DNA of 64,000 nucleotides, taken from assembly GCA_012519615.1 (NCBI GenBank), contig JAAYPW010000115.1, forward strand, positions 29,009 through 93,008. The letters are read 5' to 3'. Under the pieces are notes generated by a model that searched no databases, was not told the DNA's origin, and saw nothing but the letters and a program-made list of their open reading frames with translations. This stretch comes from Fusobacteriota bacterium (lineage in GTDB: Bacteria; Fusobacteriota; Fusobacteriia; Fusobacteriales; JAAYPW01). Made by a program: the position numbers and the translations under genes. Numbering within the stretch: the first letter of the stretch is position 1; the number at the start of each line of letters is the position of its first letter. Positions 55,173 to 64,000 of this stretch are shown in pieces.

Positions 55173-57773
55173 ATGGAGATAATTATTAGTCATACTAATC
55201 TTGACCTCGATGGACTTGCATCTATGCTTTTGGCAAAAAAAATATATCCAAATGCTAAATTGGTATTACCAGGAAATACTAATAAAAATGTTAATGAATT
55301 AATTGTACTGTATCAAAATCATTTTAATATACATCGTTCGAAAGAGATTGATATTGATAAAATAAAAAAAATAATAATTGTAGATACAAACCTACCTAAT
55401 AAATTAGGGAAATTTGGTGAAATTTATAAAAAAGATAATGTTGATATTATTATATATGATCACCATAATATTGATAAAAATAATCCGTTTTTAAAAAAAG
55501 CGAAAATTATTCATAAAAACTATGGTTCCAATACATCTTTATTATTAGAAGAAATTATTAATAAAAATGGTGAAATTAGTCTAATAGGGCATGAACCAAC
55601 AATATTTATGATGGGAATATATGAAGATACAGGTTCCTTATTATATAGTCGGACAAAACCAATTGATATGAAAATGGCAACATTTTTACTTGAAAAAGGT
55701 GCAAGTCTTAAAATTGTAAGTGAATATATTAATAAAAGACTAGAAAAAAAACAATTTAGAGTTTTTCTAGAGTTATTAAAGCAGGGAGAAATTTTAAAAA
55801 TTTCTCTTGATACAATTTTTTTAAGTTATTATGAATCTGATGATTTTATTTATGGATTTGATGTAATTATAAATAAAATTAAAGATGTAGAAAATGTAAC
55901 TGGGGCCTTTGTTGTATATGGAAACAAAGAAAAAATATATATTATTGGCAGAAGCTCTAGCTCACATATTAATGTAAATAAAATATTATCAGTATTTGGT
56001 GGTAGTGGTCATTTTGACGCAGCAGTTGCAATTGTAAAAGATATCAATATTACAGAGGTATACAGTGTTTTAAAAGATAAAATTCTAAATGATACAATAA
56101 TTGATATTAGAGCAAAAGATATTATGCAACAGCCTGTTAAAACAATTGATAAAGAGTTAAAAATTAAAGATGCATATAAAATAATGACCCGTTTTGGGTA
56201 TAATGGTATCCCTGTAACTGAAAATGATAAATTAATTGGTATAATAAGTAGACGTGATACTGATAAAGCAATAATTCATGGATTTGGAAATGCACCGGTA
56301 AGAGCATATATGGTTACTAATGTTTTTACATTTTATAGTGATTCCAAAATTGATGAGATAAAGAGATCCATGATTGAAAATAATATTGGAAGAATTGTAA
56401 TTATAAATAGAGAGAAGCATGTTATTGGTATTGTAACAAGAACTGATTTGCTTAAAAATATACATGATTTTGAAAATTATAATTATAAAAAGGAAACAAT
56501 CTTTAAAGAAAATATTAAAAGTAAAATTAAATCTAATATAGATGATGAACTCTTAGATATTTTAAAAAAAATATCCTATATCTCAAATGTACGAAAAGAG
56601 AAAGCGTATCTTGTTGGTGGAATTGTAAGAGATATAATACTAAATATAAAAAATTCTGATTTAGATTTAGTTGTTGAAGGAGATGGAGTATCATTTGCAA
56701 TAGAATTAAATAAGATACTAAATGGCGAAAATCTAGTAATACATGATAAATTTAAAACAGCAACAATTAATTTGAAAAACGGACTTAATATCGATATTGC
56801 TACATCAAGAATTGAATTTTACGAGTATCCAACATCATTACCTGTAGTAGAGTACAGTAATATTAAACAAGATTTATATAGACGTGATTTTACTATAAAT
56901 GCAATGGCAATCGATATGAGTTACGAGAACTTCGGAAAACTTATTGATTATTTTAACGGATTAGAAGATTTAAAAAATAAACAAATTCGAGTTTTACATA
57001 GTTTAAGTTTTATTGAAGATCCAACTAGGATTATTCGAGCAATTCGTTTTCAATCAAGATATGGTTTTAAAATTGAATTAGATACTGAGAAATATATTTT
57101 AGATGCAATTAATAATAATTTTCTTGATAAATTAACTTGGAAACGTGTAAAAGATGAATTTCAGTTAATTTTTAGTGAAAAAAATGTAATAGAATCAATA
57201 AACTTACTTTCTAAATATAATATACTATTAACAATTAATAAAAATATAAAAATTACAGATGAACTTATTGAAAAACTTAAACTAATTTCTTTAAATGAGG
57301 ATGTAATTATTCATTTAAATATTGAAAAATGGTTATTATATTTTTTATTGTTAATAGATGATTTAAATATTATTGAGCAGGAAAAAATACTGGATAAATT
57401 TGTATTTAGTGAAAAATTTATAAAAAAATTTATTAAAGACAAATTAATATGTGATAAAGTTGTAAATAATCTAAGTATTAAATCTAAAAATTCTGATATA
57501 TATAATAATCTTTTTTCTTTATGCGATGAAACAATACTTATAATATATTTTAGAACAGATAATAATATATTAAAAGATAATATTAATAATTTTTTTAAAA
57601 AAATTAAAAATAAAGTCAATATAATAAGTGGTAAGGATTTAGAAATAATTGGATATAAAAAAGGTCCATTATTTAAAAAAATCTTAGATTATATATTTTT
57701 AATTCAATTAGATGAAGAAATTACCGAAAAAGAAATCTTGATTGATATTTTGAAAAAAGAATTTAAAATATAA
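55173..57773 (+). CDS. cca: Multidomain DHH/DHHA1 + CBS pair + polyA-polymerase/CCA-adding nucleotidyltransferase
   Basis: Motifs SHTNLDLDGLAS, IYDHH and GGSGHFDAA; two CBS motifs; then the nucleotidyltransferase core LVGGIVRDIIL...DLDLVVEG and RRDFTINAMA. Confidence 0.8.
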   Translation: MEIIISHTNLDLDGLASMLLAKKIYPNAKLVLPGNTNKNVNELIVLYQNHFNIHRSKEIDIDKIKKIIIVDTNLPNKLGKFGEIYKKDNVDIIIYDHHNIDKNNPFLKKAKIIHKNYGSNTSLLLEEIINKNGEISLIGHEPTIFMMGIYEDTGSLLYSRTKPIDMKMATFLLEKGASLKIVSEYINKRLEKKQFRVFLELLKQGEILKISLDTIFLSYYESDDFIYGFDVIINKIKDVENVTGAFVVYGNKEKIYIIGRSSSSHINVNKILSVFGGSGHFDAAVAIVKDINITEVYSVLKDKILNDTIIDIRAKDIMQQPVKTIDKELKIKDAYKIMTRFGYNGIPVTENDKLIGIISRRDTDKAIIHGFGNAPVRAYMVTNVFTFYSDSKIDEIKRSMIENNIGRIVIINREKHVIGIVTRTDLLKNIHDFENYNYKKETIFKENIKSKIKSNIDDELLDILKKISYISNVRKEKAYLVGGIVRDIILNIKNSDLDLVVEGDGVSFAIELNKILNGENLVIHDKFKTATINLKNGLNIDIATSRIEFYEYPTSLPVVEYSNIKQDLYRRDFTINAMAIDMSYENFGKLIDYFNGLEDLKNKQIRVLHSLSFIEDPTRIIRAIRFQSRYGFKIELDTEKYILDAINNNFLDKLTWKRVKDEFQLIFSEKNVIESINLLSKYNILLTINKNIKITDELIEKLKLISLNEDVIIHLNIEKWLLYFLLLIDDLNIIEQEKILDKFVFSEKFIKKFIKDKLICDKVVNNLSIKSKNSDIYNNLFSLCDETILIIYFRTDNNILKDNINNFFKKIKNKVNIISGKDLEIIGYKKGPLFKKILDYIFLIQLDEEITEKEILIDILKKEFKI

Positions 57774-57798
57774 ATATTATAATAAAGGAGAAATTATA

Positions 57799-58473
57799 TT
57801 GACTAATTTAGATTTGGGCCATCGTAATAGATTACGGGAAAAATACTATAAAAATGGAATCGATTCATTACATGATTATGAAATTTTAGAATTATTACTT
57901 ACTTACTCTATCCCTAGAAAAAACTGTAAACCGATTGCAAAAGAGTTACTTAAAAAAAATAAAAATATAAAAGAATTATTTGATGCTAAAGAGGAAAATT
58001 TATTAGAAATTGATGGTTTAGGAAGAAATACATATATTTTTCTTAGATTAATTAAAGATATTACAAAAATTTGTACACAAATATCTTTATATGAAAAAGT
58101 ATATATAAATTGTACTAAGGAATTAGTAGACTATCTAAAACTTAATATTGATAATAAAGAATTAGAGTATTTTAAAATAATTTTATTAAATACAAATAAT
58201 CAACTTGTATATGATGAGATATTGTTTAAAGGCACAATAGATAGAAGTAGTATATACATACGAGAACTAATTAAAAAGATATTTAAATTTGATGCAAAAT
58301 CAGTTATTTTTGCTCATAATCATCCATCTGGAAGCTTAAAACCATCACTTTCAGATATTAATTTTACTAATAAATGTAAAGAAATTTTAAATAATTTAGA
58401 GATAAATCTATTAGATCATATTATTGTATCTAGTGAAGGGCATTATAGTTTCTTAGAAAATGGTATTTTATAA
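57799..58473 (+). CDS. radC: RadC-family JAB-domain protein
   Basis: LGHRNRLREKY, HhH region IDGLGRNT and JAMM motif FAHNHPSGSLKPSLSD. TTG start, with AAAGGAG 7 nt upstream. Confidence 0.9.
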   Translation: MTNLDLGHRNRLREKYYKNGIDSLHDYEILELLLTYSIPRKNCKPIAKELLKKNKNIKELFDAKEENLLEIDGLGRNTYIFLRLIKDITKICTQISLYEKVYINCTKELVDYLKLNIDNKELEYFKIILLNTNNQLVYDEILFKGTIDRSSIYIRELIKKIFKFDAKSVIFAHNHPSGSLKPSLSDINFTNKCKEILNNLEINLLDHIIVSSEGHYSFLENGIL

Positions 58474-58544
58474 AAAAAGTTGTTTTAAATAATTGTATTA
58501 TGTGATAAGATATAATAGATAAATAAATATTTGGAGGAATAGCT

Positions 58545-59129
58545 ATGAAGAGAGATATAAAAATAGAAAGAAAAACTAAAGAAACAGAAATTTCATTATA
58601 TTTCAATCTAGACGGTACAGGAAATACTAATTTAAATACAGGAATAGGATTTTTGGATCATATGTTAGAATTATTAGCTAAACATGGAGACTTTGACATT
58701 GAGTGTACAGCAAAAGGTGATATAGAGGTAGATTATCATCATACAACAGAAGATATTGCAATAGTCATAGGTCAAGCTATAAAGGAAACATTAGGAAATA
58801 AAATAGGAATAAATAGATATAGTACAATTCATATACCAATGATGGAAACATTGGCTAGAGTTTCATTAGATTTAAGTGGTAGAGGTTTTTTATCATTTGA
58901 TTATGAATTTAAATCAGAAAAAGTTGGTACATTTGATACTGAGCTTGTTGAAGAATTTTTTTATTCAATTGCTTATAATGGAGGTATAAACTTACATATA
59001 GATGTTTTAAAAGGGAAAAATGTACATCATATTATTGAAGCTATTTTTAAAGCATTTGCAAGATCGCTTAAAGAAGCTGTAAAAATAACAAGTGATAAAC
59101 TACCATCAAGCAAAGGTTTAATTCAATAA
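58545..59129 (+). CDS. hisB: Imidazoleglycerol-phosphate dehydratase
   Basis: 194 aa with RKTKETEI, GIGFLDHMLELLAKHG, DYHHTTEDIAI and NVHHIIEAIFKAF. Confidence 0.95.
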   Translation: MKRDIKIERKTKETEISLYFNLDGTGNTNLNTGIGFLDHMLELLAKHGDFDIECTAKGDIEVDYHHTTEDIAIVIGQAIKETLGNKIGINRYSTIHIPMMETLARVSLDLSGRGFLSFDYEFKSEKVGTFDTELVEEFFYSIAYNGGINLHIDVLKGKNVHHIIEAIFKAFARSLKEAVKITSDKLPSSKGLIQ

Positions 59130-59145
59130 AATATAGGAGGAGATT

Positions 59146-60042
59146 ATGAAATATAAGGTTATTGGTGTAATTTTTGAAATAACAAAAAAAAGATATTTTT
59201 TTGAGAATAAAGACAATATAGATTACAAAAAAGGGGATATGGTAATTGTAGATACTGCTAGAGGAATGGAACTTGGTAAAGTATATGCTGAGACAAGAGA
59301 ATACGAGGAAGAGGTACTTGTACTACCTTTAAAGGCTGTGATTCGAAAAGCAACAACTGATGATATAGAAAGATATAATGTATTAAAAAATGAGGCTAAA
59401 AATGCATTTATAATATGTAGAGAAAAAATTACACTACATAATTTACCAATGAAATTAATTAAATCTGAATATACATTTGATAAAACAAAACTGATATTTT
59501 ATTTCACAGCAGAGGGAAGAATTGATTTTAGAGCACTTGTAAAAGATTTAGCTGCTATATTTAAACTTCGTATTGAACTAAGACAAATCGGCGTAAGAGA
59601 TGAAGCAAGAATAGTTGGTGAAGTAGGAGTATGTGGAAAGGAACTTTGTTGTAGATTATTTATAAATAAATTTGATTCAATTGCTATAAAAATGGCAAGA
59701 GATCAGGGACTTGTAATAAATCCATCAAAAATATCAGGTATATGTGGTAGATTACTATGTTGTATTAAATATGAAAATGAGCAGTATGAAGAGGAATTAA
59801 AAAGTTATCCTGCAATTGGACAAAATGTAACTACAAAATTAGGTAATGGAAGAGTAACAAGTCTAAATCCTCTAAATGGTTATTTATATGTAGATATTGT
59901 AGGCAAGGGGATTAATAAAATTGATTTAAAAGATGTTGAGTTTGATATTAACGAGGCTAATTTGCTTAAAGAAAAACCTGTTGATAGTGAAGATGAACAT
60001 AAAGATCTTGTTGAAGATTATCAAGCAGCAGAAAAAATTTAA
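59146..60042 (+). CDS. PSP1 domain protein (YaaT/RicT-like)
   Basis: PSP1 C-terminal domain with a Cys cluster (GVCGKELCCRLF, GICGRLLCCIKYE). Confidence 0.85.
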   Translation: MKYKVIGVIFEITKKRYFFENKDNIDYKKGDMVIVDTARGMELGKVYAETREYEEEVLVLPLKAVIRKATTDDIERYNVLKNEAKNAFIICREKITLHNLPMKLIKSEYTFDKTKLIFYFTAEGRIDFRALVKDLAAIFKLRIELRQIGVRDEARIVGEVGVCGKELCCRLFINKFDSIAIKMARDQGLVINPSKISGICGRLLCCIKYENEQYEEELKSYPAIGQNVTTKLGNGRVTSLNPLNGYLYVDIVGKGINKIDLKDVEFDINEANLLKEKPVDSEDEHKDLVEDYQAAEKI

Positions 60043-60053
60043 GGAGTTTTTTT

Positions 60054-60776
60054 ATGATTGAAATTCATGATGATGAAACACTTGACACATTAAACAAAGT
60101 TAATAAGAAGATTATACAGAAAAAATATGGATTTCGTTTTGCAATTGATGCTGTTTTAATTGCTAACTTTTTAGAGTTGAAAAATATAAAAACTATTTTA
60201 GATATAGGGACTGGTACGGGAATTATACCACTTCTTTTATCAGAAGAGAAAAATATAAATAAAATATACGGTGTTGAAATACAAGAAAATATTGCAAATA
60301 TGGCACTAAGAAGTATTAAGTTAAATAATTTGTCAGAGAAAATTGAAATTATAAATAGTGATATAAAGGATATAGATAAAAATATATCAGTTGATTTAAT
60401 AGTGTCAAATCCACCTTATATGAAACTTGACGAGGGAAAAATAAGTGAAAATCATGAAAAAGCAATTTCTAGATACGAATTAAAGCTTAATTTTGAGGAG
60501 TTTGTAAAATCATCAAAACGGTTACTTAAAAGTGGGGGTAGCTTAAATATAATTCATAGATTAAAAAGGTTTGAGCATGTTATAACTACACTTACAATGA
60601 ATAACTTTAATATAAAAAGACTGCGTTTTATATACTCAAAAGAAGGAAAAGATGCTATTTTATTTATGGTAGAAGCAATAAAAGATAGAAAAACAAGTAT
60701 TTCAATAAAAGAACCAATCTATCTATATAATAAGCAATTTTCAAATTATGAAGAGATAGAAAATTATTATAAATAA
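60054..60776 (+). CDS. SAM-dependent N6-adenine methyltransferase, tRNA1(Val) m6A37 (YfiC/TrmN6)-like
   Basis: Motifs ILDIGTGTGIIPLLL and VSNPPYM. Confidence 0.7.
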   Translation: MIEIHDDETLDTLNKVNKKIIQKKYGFRFAIDAVLIANFLELKNIKTILDIGTGTGIIPLLLSEEKNINKIYGVEIQENIANMALRSIKLNNLSEKIEIINSDIKDIDKNISVDLIVSNPPYMKLDEGKISENHEKAISRYELKLNFEEFVKSSKRLLKSGGSLNIIHRLKRFEHVITTLTMNNFNIKRLRFIYSKEGKDAILFMVEAIKDRKTSISIKEPIYLYNKQFSNYEEIENYYK

Positions 60777-60780
60777 AATA

Positions 60781-60815
60781 AAAAAAGACCACTAAAATTG
60801 TGGTCTTTTTTTTAT
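60781..60815 (+). terminator. Rho-independent terminator
   Basis: AAAGACCAC / GTGGTCTTT stem with a 7-nt loop, followed by TTTTTTT. Confidence 0.85.
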
Positions 60816-60888
60816 TTAAAAAAACTAAAAAAAAATAAAAAAAAAGCAATAACTAAATATATAGTTAATATATGTGAGGTGAAATATT

Positions 60889-61413
60889 ATGAAAAATGGA
60901 TTTACTGTACTTGAATTAGTTTTATCAATGGCAATTATTATGATAATTACATCATTTGGTATTATGCAATTTGGGGATATGGAGAAAAGAGAATTAAATA
61001 GAATACGTATTGAATTTAATCTATTTATAGATAATGCAGCATTACACTGTTTAAATTCTGGTGAACGTTCTAATATTGTACTAGATTTTAATAACAAAGT
61101 AATAACTGCAAAAGGTCCACGCTATAATAAAAAGTATAAATTACCCAAAAAATTAAATTATTTTATAAAAGATGGAAATAAAACTATTCTTGATAAATTT
61201 GAATTTCAATTAAATTCCACAGGTAATGCAAATAAAATGTTTGTTATATATATCAGCGATAAACATAAGAAAAAAGTACTACATAGAATAGGTATATATT
61301 CTATAAGCGTAGTTAAATATGTAAAGATTAGACAATTTGTTCCGAAAAAATCTCCGTTATATCTTACAGATGATAAATTTTATGAAATTGAAAAATGGAA
61401 GGAAATACAATAA
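60889..61413 (+). CDS. Type IV pilin-like / type II secretion pseudopilin (prepilin N-terminal methylation motif)
   Basis: MKNGFTVLELVLSMAIIMIITSFG matches the class III signal (G|FTxxE plus a hydrophobic helix). 174 aa; the remainder is GspH/FimT-like at best. Confidence 0.7.
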   Translation: MKNGFTVLELVLSMAIIMIITSFGIMQFGDMEKRELNRIRIEFNLFIDNAALHCLNSGERSNIVLDFNNKVITAKGPRYNKKYKLPKKLNYFIKDGNKTILDKFEFQLNSTGNANKMFVIYISDKHKKKVLHRIGIYSISVVKYVKIRQFVPKKSPLYLTDDKFYEIEKWKEIQ

Positions 61414-61483
61414 ATGAAAATAAATTGCTAATACTTTAATTGTAAAAATAATTTATATAAAAATATTAAAAAGGGGGATTAAA

Positions 61484-64000
61484 TTGAAAAAAATTATTTT
61501 TTATTTACACTAGTTTTTCTTATTCTAACAGGTTGTTTTAATAGTAATAGTGAAAACAATATTAAACTTGAAAAAGGTCTATCAGCAATAAAAGGAAAAA
61601 ACGAAATTGAGATACTTACAAATAAAAAACATTTAGCTACACAAATTGAGATTAAAGGTGATATTGAAAAAGATGATATTTTTGTGTCTAATGAATTTTT
61701 ATCAATTATTGAAAAAAATAATGATGTAATTACTATTAATGTATCAAACTTAAATAGCATTGATAACAATATTAAATTTAAACTTTTAAGAGATAACTTT
61801 GATAATATTAATATTAAAATTGTAAGAATTGTTACATTAGAGGATGTATTTGTTGAGGATAATATCAAAAAAAATCTGAACAATATCTTATTAGGAGATT
61901 ATGATGAAAATGGTATTGTTGATTTAAATGACTTTTCTATATTTACAGAAAATTTTAATAAAAAAAATAGTATATATGATATTGCACCATCATCAAAAGG
62001 TACAAATAAATGGGGAGAAATTTATTGTAATTTAGCCGGTGATGGATTTATAGGTATAGAGGATTTAGTTGTATTTGCACATAACTTTGGAAAAATAAAA
62101 CCTATAGATGATTTAAATATTGAAGTAAAAGATATTAATATTGTTATTGATAAACAAACTCTAAAAATAGGGGATACATTAAATGTATATGGAAATGTTA
62201 TTCCAGAAAATGCAGCAAATAAAAAAATAATTTGGACAACAAATAATAACAATATTAGTATTACAAATATAAATGATACAACAATTAGTATAACTGCTAA
62301 TAATGTAGGTACAACTGTCTTAACTGCAACAAGTGTAAATGGAAAATTAAAAACTATTAATATTATTATAGCTGAAGAGGAAACAAAACAAGATTTAATA
62401 ATTTATATCGAATCAACAACTGCACCGAGATTATATGCGTGGACAGGAAGTGGAGCAAGTGAAGTTAAATTGCTTGGTGCGTGGCCAGGAAAAGATTTAA
62501 CAGAACAAGAAGGAAAATTTTATTATTATAATTTTGGTAGTGAGATTAAATCACTTAATTATATACATTTCATTGGTGGACAATCTGCTGATTTAACTAC
62601 ATCTGAAAGTATATGGATTACATCGGATAAAAAAATACATAAAGCAAACCCATATGAACCATCAAAACCAATTATAACGGTTGGATTAGTTGATGGAAAA
62701 TATAACGGTGATACTTCTATATCAGTGGAAATTACTGCAATTAATAATACAGTTGATACTGAGAATATTTTGTTTAATGGAAAAAAAATTCCATATAGTA
62801 ATACAGAAGCTAGTTTTAAAATTTCTGATTATATAAATGACGGAGACTCTGGATTACTTGAAATTACTGCTAGTAATTCACAAGGAACTGTTACAAAAGT
62901 TGTAAGTATTGAAAGAGATGATACAATCTCATCTTTAAAATTGTACTTAGAAAAAAATCAAGTTGTTTATGGTTGGACTGTTGTAAATGGTGAAGTAATT
63001 ACAGTAAATGGTGGTTGGCCTGGAAAACAATTAGATAAAACAATTGTAACAAATGGGAAAACTTGGTATGTACTGGATTTTGGATTTGTAGACTCTGGAA
63101 GTTATATATTAAATGGTCAAGGAGGTACAGACCAGTCAATTAGCCAAACTACTTGGGTTGATGCAACTGGTGGAAAATATAATGTCGATCCATATGAACC
63201 AACAAAACCAGAAATAAGTATTACACCGGGTTCTGGTACATATTCAGATAAAAATGGTAAAAGAAAAATTGTAATTTCTGTTACAGTTAGAAACGCAACA
63301 ATAGATTCAAAATCTGCAACAATTACAGTTGATGGAACTTCAAAACCGATAACTTTAACAGGTGAAAAAACCGAATTAATATTTTCAGAAACTATTCCTA
63401 ATAATAGTACTGCAACAATTAAGGTTACAGCATCAAATTCATTAGGTACATCTGAAAAAACTGTTGAAATCAAAAGGGATGATGAGTATACTGTGCCGCG
63501 TGGTGAATTTACTTGGGATAATGCACTTATATACTTCGTATTAACAGATCGATTTTATAATGGAAATCCAAGTAATGATAATTCTTATGGTAGAAAAAAT
63601 AAAATTGGTGCAGATCCATTAGATATTGCAACATTCCATGGTGGAGACGTTGCAGGATTAACAGAAAAAATTGAAGAGGGATATTTTGATGAATTAGGTG
63701 TAAACGCAATATGGGTAACAGCATTGTATGAACAAATACATGGATGGGTTGGTGGAGGAAGTGGAGATTTCCCACATTATGCTTATCATGGTTATTATGG
63801 ACTAGATTGGACTGCAGCAGATAAAAATATGGGTACAGTTGATGAAATAAGAAAATTTGTTGACACAGCTCATGAACATGGAATAAGAGTAATAATGGAT
63901 ATAGTTGTTAATCATGTTGGATATAATTCAGCAATGGACATGGTAGATTACGGATTTGCATCTTATGATAAAGCTGTAATTACAGATCGTGATTGGATGC
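61484..64000 (+). CDS. Modular secreted alpha-amylase lipoprotein (dockerin-like + Big_2-like + 2x CBM25/26-like + GH13 catalytic domain). The start is frameshifted by an A7 tract and the 3' end lies outside the window.
   Basis: AAGGGGGA SD, then TTG at 61484, then A7 (61487-61493). The TTG frame stops after 9 codons. The adjacent frame, open from 61483 to 64000 with no stop (translated by hand), reads ...NYFLFTLVFLILTGCFNSN (lipobox) ... GDYDENGIVDLNDF ... LYAWTGSG..GAWPGKDL ... FVLTDRFYNGNPSNDN, GVNAIWVT, RVIMDIVVNHVG. Confidence 0.8.

Overview
The window is a very AT-rich bacterial chromosomal segment (about 25-30% G+C by eye, not computed). It holds about 51 tightly packed genes, and all but one (an aldo/keto reductase) are on the + strand. 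It opens inside dnaN, so it probably lies just downstream of the replication origin on the leading strand. No rRNA, tRNA, CRISPR array, transposase, integrase or prophage was seen.

Most content is housekeeping: glgB, mtnN, folC/folB/folK, hprK, nrnA, rpsO-pnp, rimO, pgsA, proC, miaB, rho, cca, radC and hisB. Accessory blocks are:
- two tandem NlpC/P60 lipoproteins;
- a two-kinase sensor island with an orphan periplasmic binding protein;
- a hemerythrin-MCP plus a flavoprotein oxidoreductase;
- a compact 5-gene pseudaminic acid (pseB-F-G/H-I-C) operon;
- a pseudopilin gene followed by a modular amylase lipoprotein.

The observations most worth a second look are:
1. A perfect (ATAAT)x14 microsatellite in the promoter/5' region of the pse operon.
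2. Four genes whose strong Shine-Dalgarno (SD) motif is separated from the start codon by a stable hairpin.
3. Two lipoprotein genes knocked out of frame by poly-A tracts directly after the start codon.
4. A tandem-duplicated HPr kinase with complementary degeneration of its halves and an internal RBS.
5. A RadC-like JAB domain fused to a DinG helicase.
6. A sensor kinase interrupted by one in-frame TAG.

All calls rest on motif recognition in the supplied translations and on reading the DNA by eye. No database search was run. Taxonomy (Fusobacteriota-, Brachyspira- or Thermotogota-like) cannot be resolved from this window.
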